Counted from the stretch's first letter, positions 18,292-28,611 are shown. The stretch: 64,000 bases of DNA from Phycisphaerales bacterium (GCA_965227775.1 OZ245777.1:448001-512000); one strand, 5' to 3'. Numbers and translations: made by a program. The notes: generated by a model from the letters alone, not told the origin.

Positions 18292-19553
18292 AGGCATCAA
18301 CGCTCCCGTTGCTCCTGGTGGGGAATCGCAAGGCGATCCTTGACGTGGCGCGGTCACCTTGGTCACCGCTGATCGGCGCGCTGTTTGTGCTGTCTGCGGG
18401 GCTTGCTCGTGAGTACGACGGTGAATACCTGTTGCTTGAGCCTTGGCATGCGCTGCGGCCATTGGGAGCCTCGCTGGCGTCGGGCACGCTGCTGTTCGCG
18501 ATCGTGCATATTGCGGCCGTCATCCGCGGGGACTCGGCCGGTGCAAACGAGCGGCCGCCGCTGTTCCAGGCGTACTTGGCATGGATAGGGCTGTTCTGGA
18601 TGACTGCGCCGATGGCGTGGCTCTACGCGATTCCCTACGAGCGCTGGATGTCGCCCGAGACCGCCATCGAGTGGAACCTGCTCACGCTCGCGTTCGTGGC
18701 TGGCTGGCGTGTTGTGCTGATTACGCGCGTGATTGTCGTGGTGTATGGCGTGAGCCCGGTGCCGGCGTTCTTCCTGGTGATGTTGTTCGCCGATGCGGTG
18801 GTGATCGCCGTGCTGGGCATCGCGCCGTTGCCAGTGATCGATGTAATGGGCGGCGTCCGCGGGCCGGCGCGAGAGCAATTGCTCGGGGCCGTTGCACTGA
18901 ACACCGGCCTGCTCGCGGCGTTGAGCGCACCGATTTGGATCTTGGGCTCGCTCATCAGCCTCGCCGGGTTTCGACCGATGTGGCCGGTGGTGTCGCATCC
19001 GAGGCCTACTCCGTCACGCGGGCTGTTGATCTTCGCGGGCGTATCGATCGTGGCGTTCGTGCCGCTGCTGGTGTGGGCTCAGCCTGCGCAGGCCTTGCGG
19101 CATCGCGTCGAGGGTTTGCTGCTCTCGGGCCGGATTGCCGAAGGACTGGCCGAGATGTCTGCAAGGCCGTACGAGGACTTTCCGCCCGACTACAACCCGC
19201 CGCCGAGGCTTGGGTTCCGCGAAACGCAACCGCCGATGGACGCGGTGCGAGCAGCAATGCATGAGAAGTGGCCGGCAGATTGGGTAGCGGAGCTGTATCT
19301 GTACAAGACGCGCCGAGAGATCGGAACCGAGTACTACGCGGATCCTGCAGACGACTATTTCGCAGGTCGCATCGACGACATCGAGAACGAGCGGGCGCTC
19401 GAACGAGCATCGGGCCTACGAGACGCGTTTCAGTTCCTTGTAGACTTCGACACGTCGATTCCGGAAGCCAATCTGGACGCGATGCGCCGACTACTTGAGG
19501 CCGTCGAAGCCCATCAAGAGTCCCCACCCGACGCATCAGCCGGACCGACGTAG
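18288..19553 (+). CDS. Hypothetical polytopic membrane protein with soluble C-terminal domain
   Basis: ATGA overlap with the radical SAM gene; about 7 hydrophobic segments. Confidence 0.75.
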   Translation: MKASTLPLLLVGNRKAILDVARSPWSPLIGALFVLSAGLAREYDGEYLLLEPWHALRPLGASLASGTLLFAIVHIAAVIRGDSAGANERPPLFQAYLAWIGLFWMTAPMAWLYAIPYERWMSPETAIEWNLLTLAFVAGWRVVLITRVIVVVYGVSPVPAFFLVMLFADAVVIAVLGIAPLPVIDVMGGVRGPAREQLLGAVALNTGLLAALSAPIWILGSLISLAGFRPMWPVVSHPRPTPSRGLLIFAGVSIVAFVPLLVWAQPAQALRHRVEGLLLSGRIAEGLAEMSARPYEDFPPDYNPPPRLGFRETQPPMDAVRAAMHEKWPADWVAELYLYKTRREIGTEYYADPADDYFAGRIDDIENERALERASGLRDAFQFLVDFDTSIPEANLDAMRRLLEAVEAHQESPPDASAGPT

Positions 19554-20488
19554 ACCACGATGTCGCCGCTGCGCCGGTCTTCGTCGGCCAGCTCGTCGCT
19601 CCAGCGGTCGACCATAACGATGGTGAGCACGTCGGCTCCGGAGCGCTGCCGCTTGAGGTATTCGACGGTGGCGCCATCGAAGGCGACGTGGAAGCGGCCG
19701 ATGACCAGCGCGACTGGCTCGTGCCCGGCCCGCAGCGCGTCGGCAACGCTGTCGGCCATCGTTGCGTCCCACACGAGCTGGGCGCGCAAGAAGTCGGGCA
19801 CGCTCATTCCGGGCTGCGCCTTGCCCGATGCGTCGCTCGAGCGCATGCCGCCCATGATCTCGTTGAACCGCTCGCGGTATGCGTCGGGGCCGTCCTCGGT
19901 CGGAGGCAGCTCGAACGTGGCGCGTTGGGCGGGCGTCATGGCGCGCAGGCGGTTGTAGCCATCGGTGCGCGCGAGGCGGACATAGCGTCGCGGCGCATTT
20001 GCAGCGATCACGACACCGCCGGCGTTCTTCGTGGCGTTGAACATCGCCTGATGGGCATCGGGGAAGTTCGACGCGCTGCGGCCAGCGTCCTTCATGAAGG
20101 TCTCCTCGTCGATCATGCCGGCGAGGTACTCGTCGATGGCGAGCTGCTGGTCACGCTCGAAGAACTCGAGGAGCAGGGCGGGCGTCTCGTCGCGATCGCG
20201 GACGCTGAGCATGTCCTTCCAGATCGCTGCGGCAACGGGAAGGCCCACAGGGTGGCCGTGGAGCTCACCAAAGAGCACGGCGTCGGCCTTCTTCACCCGA
20301 TCGAAGATCTTCAGGTCATTGAGTTCCTCGCCGGTCCGACCATCGAAGAACTTCGCCTCGGGGTTTTCGAGCATCTGGTTCCGGATGGAGTCAGGCCAAC
20401 GCGGCTGGACCATTGGCCCGAAGACTCCGCATCCAGAAACAAACAGCGAAACCACAAATAGCGACAGAATGAGGGCTTTCTGGGGCAT
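19514..20488 (-). CDS. ChaN-family (heme/iron uptake-associated) lipoprotein
   Basis: Lipobox FVSGC; 'LFGELH', 'LLEFFERDQQ', 'AANAPR', 'AQLVWDATMA', 'IGRFH'. Confidence 0.8.
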   Translation of the reverse strand: MPQKALILSLFVVSLFVSGCGVFGPMVQPRWPDSIRNQMLENPEAKFFDGRTGEELNDLKIFDRVKKADAVLFGELHGHPVGLPVAAAIWKDMLSVRDRDETPALLLEFFERDQQLAIDEYLAGMIDEETFMKDAGRSASNFPDAHQAMFNATKNAGGVVIAANAPRRYVRLARTDGYNRLRAMTPAQRATFELPPTEDGPDAYRERFNEIMGGMRSSDASGKAQPGMSVPDFLRAQLVWDATMADSVADALRAGHEPVALVIGRFHVAFDGATVEYLKRQRSGADVLTIVMVDRWSDELADEDRRSGDIVVYVGPADASGGDS

Positions 20489-20595
20489 GTGATCTCCTGC
20501 GTTCGAGTCTCGGTGGCAACCGCCCCTGTTCTATGCTCTCGCCGCCTTCCTCGCCTCCACGTTCCTCGCTGCCACATTGCCGGAGCTTCCACCCC

Positions 20596-21612
20596 TTGGA
20601 CCCCACCACCTACGCCGGCTTTGCCGCCGGGCTGGTCACGAGCCTGCTATGGGCGCTCACCAGCCTTTGCTTTGCCGCAGGCGGGCGGCGTATCGGGCCG
20701 ACCCTGGTCAACGGGCTCCGGCTGTACGTGGCCATCCTGCTTCTGACGGGCATGGTGTGGATCACCACCGGCGAGCCGTGGCCCCTCTTGAGCGATCGGC
20801 AGTTCATCCTGCTGGCGGTCTCGTCGCTGGTGGGCATCGTGATCGGTGACCAGGCGCTGTTCACGGCTTTTGTCGACATCGGACCACGCCTGAGCCTGCT
20901 CATGATGAGCACCGCCCCGATTTGGGCGGCCGTGCTGGGCTGGATGGTGCTGGGCGAGTCGCTTGCCTGGCCCGCACTCGTAGGCATCGCTGTCACCATT
21001 GCGGGCGTGGCCTGGGTCATCATGGAGCGGCCGGCGATGAAGGCCGACGAGCGGGCCCACCCGCATCGGGTTCGCGGCATCGTGCTCGCGCTGGTTGGCT
21101 CGATGTGCCAAGGCGGCGGGCTGCTCATCAGCAAGGCCGGCATGGGCCACGGCTGGCTGGACGAGAGCGAGCACCTGGGCCCGCTCCCAGCCACGCAGGT
21201 GCGCATCGCGGTGGCGATCGTGTGCATGACGCCCGTGCTGCTCGCCCGCTGGCGGTTCCAGGCAGGGCGGAACGCACCCAAGATCCCGCGGCGCACGCTC
21301 AAGATCGGGCTCGCGTTCACGGCGCTCGGGGCGTTTGTTGGCCCGTTCCTCGGCATGTGGATGAGCCTGGTGACGGCCGACCTGACGCCCGTGGCCGTGG
21401 CCCAGACGCTGTGCTCACTCGCGCCCGTGATGATCCTGCCCATGGTGGCCTGGAGCGGCGATCGGGTGTCGCCCAGGGCGGTGCTGGGGGCGTGCGTGGC
21501 GGTGGGCGGCGTGGCGATCCTGGCGCTACTGCCGGCCATCCTGCCCGAAAGCTGGTCAAAATCCGAGCCCGCGCGTGAGTCGGAGGCGTTGCCTGCGCTG
21601 GAAGGGACATGA
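20596..21612 (+). CDS. DMT/EamA-family transporter
   Basis: About 10 TM segments in two EamA-like repeats ('GIVIGDQALF', 'LGESL'); TTG start inferred. Confidence 0.85.
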   Translation: MDPTTYAGFAAGLVTSLLWALTSLCFAAGGRRIGPTLVNGLRLYVAILLLTGMVWITTGEPWPLLSDRQFILLAVSSLVGIVIGDQALFTAFVDIGPRLSLLMMSTAPIWAAVLGWMVLGESLAWPALVGIAVTIAGVAWVIMERPAMKADERAHPHRVRGIVLALVGSMCQGGGLLISKAGMGHGWLDESEHLGPLPATQVRIAVAIVCMTPVLLARWRFQAGRNAPKIPRRTLKIGLAFTALGAFVGPFLGMWMSLVTADLTPVAVAQTLCSLAPVMILPMVAWSGDRVSPRAVLGACVAVGGVAILALLPAILPESWSKSEPARESEALPALEGT

Positions 21613-21734
21613 TGACCGCTCCCATCCGCCAGCCCGCACACCGAGCACCACGTGTTCGGACACCCGAACACACGGGGAAACGCAGGCCCGACGGTTACAA
21701 TCCCTTGGGCAAGAAGCTCCGGGGGTATTCGATC

Positions 21735-22409
21735 ATGATCCAGGACCAATCGGACCGGGACGGCTCGGGCGATGCGGCCGTTGATCCGTGCGAGGCGCTG
21801 CTCTCTAAGGCCATGAAGGGAGACCGCGCCGCGCTAATCGACCTGCTCGAGGAGTGCGCACCGATGCTGCGAGGGCGGCTTGAGGGCAAGATTCCCCCTC
21901 AGCTCCGCGTCACCATCGAAGCGGACGACGTGCTCCAGGTGACCTACATCGAGGTCGTCGGGCGCATGTCGCAGTTCAAGACCGGCGGCATGAAGGGCTT
22001 CCGAGCGTGGGTGTCCCGCGTCGCCGAGAACAATCTGCTCGACGCCATCCGCTCGGCCCACGCGGCCAAGCGGCCAGACCCGGCCAAGCGTGCGCACACC
22101 CCGCGAAATGCCGACGACTCTGCCGCCACCCTCATCGAGGTGTTGGCGGGCGATAGCAAGGCCACGCCCTCGCGGTTCGTCGCGCGCGGCGAGGCGGTCA
22201 TGGCAATGGAGCGCATGCTCGCCACGCTGCCGGCCGACTACGCGAAGGTCATCCGGCTGTATGACCTGGCCGGGCATCCGGTCGAGGAAGTCGCCAAGGA
22301 GATGGGCCGGTCGACGGGCGCCATCTTCATGCTCCGCGCTCGTGCGCACGACAGGCTACGCGAGGCTATGGGCGACGAAGACCAGTACTTCTCCCGCCCG
22401 GGCGGTTGA
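21735..22409 (+). CDS. ECF RNA polymerase sigma factor
   Basis: 'GDRAAL', 'DDVLQVTY', 'FRAWVSRVAENNLLD', sigma4 'LPADYAKVIRL...EEVAKEMGRS...RARA'. Start uncertain (21609-21735). Confidence 0.9.
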   Translation: MIQDQSDRDGSGDAAVDPCEALLSKAMKGDRAALIDLLEECAPMLRGRLEGKIPPQLRVTIEADDVLQVTYIEVVGRMSQFKTGGMKGFRAWVSRVAENNLLDAIRSAHAAKRPDPAKRAHTPRNADDSAATLIEVLAGDSKATPSRFVARGEAVMAMERMLATLPADYAKVIRLYDLAGHPVEEVAKEMGRSTGAIFMLRARAHDRLREAMGDEDQYFSRPGG

Positions 22410-22436
22410 CACCCCTCTCACGACGGACGCACCCGC

Positions 22437-25133
22437 ATGGACGACACGCCGAACCAGGGAAGTGACCAGGGGCCGCCAACCCCCGACGATGCTGCGCGCA
22501 AGCCGAACGAGGGCTCGAACGCCGAGCGCCGTCTGATCGAGGATGCGATGAAGGGCGCCGAGCCGGCAAGCGGCTGGCCCGAATCGACGCAGGCGTGGTT
22601 CGAAGGCGCGCCGCTGCCGCCGCACGGGGCCTTCCCCGGATACGACATCGTGCGCGAGATCCACCGCGGCGGCCAGGGTGTGGTGTACCAGGCGGTCCAG
22701 CTCAGCACGCGGCGCCACGTTGCGATCAAGGTCATGCACTCGGGCCCGTTCATGGGCTCCTCGGGCCGAGCGCGCTTCGAGCGCGAGGTGCAGGTGCTGG
22801 GCCAGCTCGATCACCCCAACATTGTGCGCATCCACGATAGCGGTGTGACCAAGGACGGCTCGTGCTTCTACGTGATGGACTACATCAGCGGCAAGCCGCT
22901 CGACCGATTGATGGGCGACGGCCAGCTGCCGATCCGCGAGTCGTTGCGCCTGTTCGCCAAGATCTGCGACGCCGTCGCGGCGGCCCACCTCAAGGGCGTC
23001 ATCCACCGAGACCTGAAGCCCAGCAACATCCGCATCGACAAGCACGGCGAGCCGATCGTGGTTGACTTCGGCCTCGCGAAGCTGGCAATCCCCGAGCTCG
23101 ACGCCGAGGGCAGCGGTAAGCTGATGAGCATGACCGGGCAGTTCATCGGCTCGCTGCCGTGGGCCAGCCCGGAGCAGGCCGATGGCTCTCCCACCAACAT
23201 CGACGTGCGCACAGACGTGTACTCGCTGGGCGTGATTCTCTACCAGCTCTTGACGAACCGCTTCCCGTACGAAGTGCTCGGGAACATGCGCGACGTGCTG
23301 GACAACATCATGCGCGTCGAGCCCGCGCGGCCCAGCACGATCCGCCGGAAGATCAACGACGAGGTCGAGACGATCGTGCTCAAAGCGCTCGCCAAGCAGC
23401 GCGAGCGACGCTACCAGAGCGCGGGCGAACTGGGCCGGGACGTGCACCGCTTCCTCGAAGGGCAACCCATCGAGGCCAAGCGGGACAGCGGCTGGTACGT
23501 CATCACCAAGACACTGAAGCGGTACCGGGCGCCGGTGGCCCTTGGTGCGAGTTCGCTGGTGGCGCTCGTGGTGTTTGCGGTCGTGGTGTCCGTGCTGTAT
23601 CGGGACGCCGAGGTTGCCCGCGGTGTTGCCGAGCAGAAGACCACCGAGGCGCAGCGTTTGCTCGTAGCAGAAGCCGAGCAGCGTGCACTCGCCGAGGCGC
23701 GGCTGGCGAGCGTGTTCGACCTTACCGAGACCATGACCACGGTGTTTTACGACGCGGTGGTCAACCTGCGTGGCGCAACGCCGGCCAAGCTCTCGCTGGC
23801 CGAGCGAGCGGCCGCCGCACTCGACGAATTCGAGGACGACGTTCAGGGCGACCCGGTACGCATGCTGCAGATCGGCCGTGGTCGGCTGCGGCTCGGAGAC
23901 CTGTACGCCGGCCGCAGCGACCTGCACCGGATCGGCAAGCCCGAGGAAGGGCAGGCGCTCTACGCGTCCGCCCTCTCGATCGCCGACGAGGTACTGGCGA
24001 TGGACTCGGGCTCGGTCGAGGCTCTGCGGTTGCGTGGCGATGCCCTGACGCACCTCGGGCACGCGGCCCGGCTCATGCGAGACCACGAGCGCTCGGTTGA
24101 TCTCTACGAGCAGTCGCTGGTCGCATTCGACAAAGCGATCGACGCTCCGCCGGAGTCGGACGTCTTGCTGGGTGCGATCAGGCTTGCGCACGCCGACGCG
24201 CTGCTCGAACTTGGTAACTCGCTGGTCGGTCGTGCACTCAGGAGCGACGACGCCGACCAGCGGTCGCGATTCAACGCTCGCGCTGAGGCGACGTATGAGC
24301 GAGGGAGAGCGTCCTTCGACCGGCTCTCGGATGAGTTGGCTGGGCTGCAGCAGAATCGTGCCCGCTTGGGCGCTTCGAGAGCGGAGGTTCGGCTCGCGCT
24401 GATGCAGATCCGTGCGAGCGAGACTTCGATCGCAGATCCCGCACAAGCAAGCCGCGGCCTAACCGCGATCGATCGCGCAGTCTCGCTGCTCTCGAGCGCA
24501 AACGACGCTCTGAAGTCGCTTGCCGATGCGGAGCCGGCCAATGGCGTGTACCCGTCCGACATGGGCGTCGCGTACGACGCGTGGGGACAGGCCCTCCGCC
24601 AGCGTGCCAGGCTTTACGAAGCAATGGCAGGCCAAGCGACCAGCGAAGATGCCGCCAGCTTCCTTGAGCAGGCAAGCAGCGCACGGGGCGATGCGGTCAC
24701 CGTGCTGACCGACGGCATTGACATCACGCGTCGCTCGATCAACACCGACGACTCGGACGTGACGTTCCATCGCACGCTCGCCCATCTCTTGAACAAGCGG
24801 GCGCGGGCACTCGACGCGCTCGAAGAAGGCGGCCGTGCCGAGCAGGACTTCGTGGAGTCGGCGAGCGTTCGAGACATGCTCGCCGACACCGATCCCACGG
24901 GCCAGCACCTGAACGATGCCATGGTGGGCTGGTACTACGTGGGCGTGTTCAGGGAAGGCCAGGCCGACGAGACCGGGCAGGAGGCAACGTTGCGTGAAGC
25001 GCTCGCGGCCTTCGAGAAGGCACGGGGCTACATCGAGCAGCAACAGCAAGCGGGCATGAGTACCGATAATTCTAATTTGTCGACGATCGACGCCCGTATC
25101 AAAGCCGTACGGGAGAAGCTTTCGTCTGGCTGA
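22437..25133 (+). CDS. Hanks-type Ser/Thr protein kinase with TM segment and TPR-like extracytoplasmic domain
   Basis: GGQGVVY, VAIK, HRDLKPSN, DFGLAK, SPEQ, DVYSLG; TM 'LVALVVFAVVVSVLY'; helical repeats follow. Confidence 0.93.
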   Translation: MDDTPNQGSDQGPPTPDDAARKPNEGSNAERRLIEDAMKGAEPASGWPESTQAWFEGAPLPPHGAFPGYDIVREIHRGGQGVVYQAVQLSTRRHVAIKVMHSGPFMGSSGRARFEREVQVLGQLDHPNIVRIHDSGVTKDGSCFYVMDYISGKPLDRLMGDGQLPIRESLRLFAKICDAVAAAHLKGVIHRDLKPSNIRIDKHGEPIVVDFGLAKLAIPELDAEGSGKLMSMTGQFIGSLPWASPEQADGSPTNIDVRTDVYSLGVILYQLLTNRFPYEVLGNMRDVLDNIMRVEPARPSTIRRKINDEVETIVLKALAKQRERRYQSAGELGRDVHRFLEGQPIEAKRDSGWYVITKTLKRYRAPVALGASSLVALVVFAVVVSVLYRDAEVARGVAEQKTTEAQRLLVAEAEQRALAEARLASVFDLTETMTTVFYDAVVNLRGATPAKLSLAERAAAALDEFEDDVQGDPVRMLQIGRGRLRLGDLYAGRSDLHRIGKPEEGQALYASALSIADEVLAMDSGSVEALRLRGDALTHLGHAARLMRDHERSVDLYEQSLVAFDKAIDAPPESDVLLGAIRLAHADALLELGNSLVGRALRSDDADQRSRFNARAEATYERGRASFDRLSDELAGLQQNRARLGASRAEVRLALMQIRASETSIADPAQASRGLTAIDRAVSLLSSANDALKSLADAEPANGVYPSDMGVAYDAWGQALRQRARLYEAMAGQATSEDAASFLEQASSARGDAVTVLTDGIDITRRSINTDDSDVTFHRTLAHLLNKRARALDALEEGGRAEQDFVESASVRDMLADTDPTGQHLNDAMVGWYYVGVFREGQADETGQEATLREALAAFEKARGYIEQQQQAGMSTDNSNLSTIDARIKAVREKLSSG

Positions 25134-25157
25134 GCGAGCCGATCGTCACGAATGGCC

Positions 25158-25186
25158 TTGAGTCGCCGTTCGCATTCTGATATCTT
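25158..25186 (+). promoter_or_regulatory. Putative sigma70-type promoter for the PEP-CTERM gene
   Basis: TTGAGT-N17-TATCTT with extended -10 TG, upstream of an AGGAG RBS. Confidence 0.4.
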
Positions 25187-25230
25187 GCACCTTAGAGAGA
25201 CACGCCGCAGTTGCGGCGAGAGGAGAGAAC

Positions 25231-26742
25231 ATGGCGACTCTGGGGCTCCCCCGTGTGGTTGTTTCCATGGGTGTGTTGGGCATGTGCGCCCATGCGTCCA
25301 TGGGGCAGGTCATCGACGCGACGTGGATCGACGACACGTCGGGCATCTGGTCCGACGCGGCTCGCTGGTCGTCGCCCGACTTCCCAACGGCTCGCGGTCC
25401 GGACCGCTACCGGGCCATCATCGACTTCGACTCCGGCGGGGCGTACACGATCTCGCTCGGGGCCGCGATCGACCTCGACAGCCTGAGCTTCCTGAGCACC
25501 GACGCCACCATCGACGGCGGCGGCACCGGCACCATTGTGGTGCGCTCGGAGTTGGAGTTCGGCGACGGCACGGCGCGCGCGATCTCCGAGCTCATGAGCG
25601 AGGGCACGCTGCTGTTCACCGGAGACCTGGTGGCAGAGATCGATGACACGCCGCTGTGCCACGTGGGTTCCATCGGCCGTAAGACTGGCTCGGGCGAGAT
25701 CCTGCTCACCGGCAGCACGGTCTTCGAGATCATGTCCGGCAGCTCGTTCACGATCGAGAACTCGGGCGATTTCATGGGCGACACCACCGCCCGCATCGTC
25801 AACGATGGCATCTTCGCGAAGCAGTCGCCCGGGACCACGCTCATCGAGGACGTGGGCTTCGTCAATACAGGTACGGTCGTTGTCGAACAAGGCAGGCTCG
25901 AGGTCACCAACCCGATCTTGCCGAGCCTCGGCACGCTCGGGCCGGCGACGTATGACATCTTCGATGGTGCGGTGCTCGACTTCTCCGGCACGCCCCTGGA
26001 CACCAATCAAGCCGACGTCATCTTTCGCGGGCCCGACTCGGCGTTTGTTGGCTTCTCTTCGGTCGAAACCAACCAGGGGCTGGCACGGGCCGAAGGCGGC
26101 GCGAACATTGCGTTTACGCCCACCAGCGGGCTGTCGAACGAGGGCGTGCTCCAAGCCGACGGCTCGGGCTCGACGATTACCGCCACCGGCACGCTGAACA
26201 ACACCGGGCAGATCACCGTGTTCAACGGCGGCATCGTTCGGTCAACGCTCGTTGAGAACAACCTCGGCGTGGTCGAGGGCAATGGCTCGATCGAGACTGC
26301 CTCGTTTACGAACAACGGCCTGGTCAGCCCGGGCAACTCGCCGGGCGTGCTCGTCACCGAGAATCCCGTTGGCACGCACGTGTTCCAGCAGGGCGTGGAC
26401 GGCACGCTCCTGATCGAGATCGAGGGGCGCACGCCAGGCGTCACGCACGACGTGCTCGACGTTCGCGGCATCGCGCTGTTCGACGGCACGCTGCAGCTCG
26501 AGTTCTCGCCCTTCTCGGGTGAGCCGCCCGTGCAGGCGGGCGATCAGTTTGAGATCATCCTGGCAGATGGCATCGACGGCCAGTTCCGCGATATCCAGCT
26601 AAGCGGACTCGGAACCCAAGGCCAGGTGGATGTGTTCTTGAACCCGAGCGGGGTGCTCGTGGTGGTGCGTGAGGTGCCTTCGCCCGGAGCGTTGGCTGTG
26701 CTCGGGCTCGGCGGGGTGCTCGCGGCCCGTCGCCGCCGCTGA
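25231..26742 (+). CDS. Secreted beta-helical (autotransporter-passenger-like) protein with PEP-CTERM-type tail
   Basis: Signal peptide; Gly/Asn/Thr-rich beta repeats; 'VSPGNSPG', 'HDVLDVRG'; C-terminal VPSPGALAVLGLGGVLAARRRR. Confidence 0.85.
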   Translation: MATLGLPRVVVSMGVLGMCAHASMGQVIDATWIDDTSGIWSDAARWSSPDFPTARGPDRYRAIIDFDSGGAYTISLGAAIDLDSLSFLSTDATIDGGGTGTIVVRSELEFGDGTARAISELMSEGTLLFTGDLVAEIDDTPLCHVGSIGRKTGSGEILLTGSTVFEIMSGSSFTIENSGDFMGDTTARIVNDGIFAKQSPGTTLIEDVGFVNTGTVVVEQGRLEVTNPILPSLGTLGPATYDIFDGAVLDFSGTPLDTNQADVIFRGPDSAFVGFSSVETNQGLARAEGGANIAFTPTSGLSNEGVLQADGSGSTITATGTLNNTGQITVFNGGIVRSTLVENNLGVVEGNGSIETASFTNNGLVSPGNSPGVLVTENPVGTHVFQQGVDGTLLIEIEGRTPGVTHDVLDVRGIALFDGTLQLEFSPFSGEPPVQAGDQFEIILADGIDGQFRDIQLSGLGTQGQVDVFLNPSGVLVVVREVPSPGALAVLGLGGVLAARRRR

Positions 26743-26743
26743 G

Positions 26744-27253
26744 TCAGTCCAGCTCTTTGAGGGCCTTGGCCACCTCGTCGACGTGGCCGGGCACTTTGAC
26801 CTTGCTCCAGACCTGCGCGATCTTGCCGTTCGCGTCGATCAGGAACGTCGTGCGCTCGATGCCCATGTAGGTTCGGCCGTACATGCTCTTCTCGACCCAG
26901 ACGCCGTACTTCTGTGCGACAACGGGGTCTGGCTTGCCCTCGTCGTTCTCTCGATCGTCGGCCAGCAGCGGGAAGTTCAGGTCGTTCTTGCTCGCGAACT
27001 TTGCCTTGCTCTTGGTGTCGAGGATGCTCATGCCGAGCACGGTGGCACCGAGCTTCTTGAACGCCGGGAACTGATCACGGAAGTCGCAGGCCTCCTGCGT
27101 GCAGCCGCTCGTTGAGTCCTTGGGGTAGAAGAACAGCACGAGCGGCTTTCCGGCGTAGTCGCTCAGGGCATGGGTGTTGCCGTCTTGGTCCTTCAGCTTG
27201 AACGCCGGTGCTTTTCGGCCGGCCTTGATCGGTCCTTCGGTCGTTGTGGGCAT
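26744..27253 (-). CDS. bcp: Peroxiredoxin Bcp/PrxQ
   Basis: 'FFYPKDSTSGCTQEACDFRD', 'YMGIERTTFLID'. Confidence 0.93.
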   Translation of the reverse strand: MPTTTEGPIKAGRKAPAFKLKDQDGNTHALSDYAGKPLVLFFYPKDSTSGCTQEACDFRDQFPAFKKLGATVLGMSILDTKSKAKFASKNDLNFPLLADDRENDEGKPDPVVAQKYGVWVEKSMYGRTYMGIERTTFLIDANGKIAQVWSKVKVPGHVDEVAKALKELD

Positions 27254-27321
27254 GCGTAGCTCCTTACGAAAAGAAGGCTACGGCGCGGGGCGGGCGATCT
27301 GTGCAGGGCGCAGAGCAGGAT

Positions 27322-27873
27322 TCAGGAAACCACCCACCGGATCATCGTTGCCGCCAGCACCACGCCGACCATCATCGCGATCGCGAATCGAGCCATCACC
27401 GGCAAGGTCGCCTGCTGCGGCGTGTGGGCGGGGCGTATCAGCGGGAGCCGCTCGGCGGTCGCGAGGCCAAGGGGCTCTTCTCCGCAGCGGGCCGAATCCT
27501 GGACGATCGCGATGACCAAGTTGGCGTCGAACTGTCGGAGCCCGAGCCGCGATGCCTGACTAAGGAGTCGATCGCGGGACTCGGGCCGCAGGATGGCCGC
27601 CCGGCCGCCCTCGATGCTCGCTGCGACGCGGCAGGCGAACACCCAGCGGGCGTCGGCGGCATCGATCGACGCGGCCTGTCGGTTGGCCCGGGCCACCTCG
27701 AGCTCTCGGGCTGCGCGGAGCGCCGCCTCGCTCGGCTGCTCGGGTGCCGTGGCGTCGCCCACCAGTGACGCCACGGCCCGAGCCGCGTTGCGTGCTGGCA
27801 ACGCCGTTGCACGCACGCCACGCCCGTCGCCGGCGAGACGCAACGTATGGCTTGTTCCGGCCGATTCCATCAT
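27322..27873 (-). CDS. Hypothetical protein with C-terminal membrane anchor
   Basis: 'DARWVFACRVA...LGLRQFDANLVIAIVQD'; C-terminal TM; start MMESAG chosen. Confidence 0.65.
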   Translation of the reverse strand: MMESAGTSHTLRLAGDGRGVRATALPARNAARAVASLVGDATAPEQPSEAALRAARELEVARANRQAASIDAADARWVFACRVAASIEGGRAAILRPESRDRLLSQASRLGLRQFDANLVIAIVQDSARCGEEPLGLATAERLPLIRPAHTPQQATLPVMARFAIAMMVGVVLAATMIRWVVS

Positions 27874-27937
27874 CAAGGGAGCCAGAGGTGCATTTCTCGT
27901 GCCGAACCGGCCGTGATCTGGCGATACACTCGGCGGC

Positions 27938-28534
27938 ATGGCCGAGGGAGACACCCAGCCCGAACAGTCCTCCCAGCCGGACCCACGGTCCGGCGAGGCG
28001 CTGCCCGATCTCGAGGTATCCCTGGACGCCCAGGCCGTGCTGGAGCAGCTCGGCCAGGCAGCCCGGCGCGGCAAGCTGCCCGAGTACGCCCGCGGAGGGC
28101 CAGACGGAGCGCAGTTCAAGGCCAGCGCCCTGGGCCACCCGTTCGATCGAGACCTGCTGGCGTGGGCCGAACCGCACGAGGGCGGCACACGGCTGCGATT
28201 CGGGCTGCATTGGCGGAAGAAAATTCCGATAATCTACATCATCGCCATGATCGCGACGGTCGAGCCGGGCCGGTACTTCCTGGATGTCATGATTCCGGGC
28301 TCGTGGGGCTGGGGCTCGATCATGTGGTGGTACTACCCCCTGACCATCCTCTCCATCCCGCTGATGTGGTGGAGCTTCATGCGAAGCTCTCGACGCACCA
28401 CCCTTGAGGCGGCCCGCGAAAGCCACGAGGCGATCCGGACGATCCTGGGGGCGAAAGCGGCAGGATCGGACGACCCTGAGAAGGAAGTTTGCCTACCGCA
28501 GGGAAAGGGCGGGCCGTCTGTTCCGATAGACTAA
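27938..28534 (+). CDS. Hypothetical membrane protein
   Basis: 198 aa with two Trp-rich hydrophobic segments. Confidence 0.7.
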   Translation: MAEGDTQPEQSSQPDPRSGEALPDLEVSLDAQAVLEQLGQAARRGKLPEYARGGPDGAQFKASALGHPFDRDLLAWAEPHEGGTRLRFGLHWRKKIPIIYIIAMIATVEPGRYFLDVMIPGSWGWGSIMWWYYPLTILSIPLMWWSFMRSSRRTTLEAARESHEAIRTILGAKAAGSDDPEKEVCLPQGKGGPSVPID

Positions 28535-28611
28535 GGACCGACGTGGCCCGCCCACGCTCTCAACAAGCACCCATTCGGCCCGGCCGGCTCCAAAAGGCCA
28601 GGAGGAAGCAC

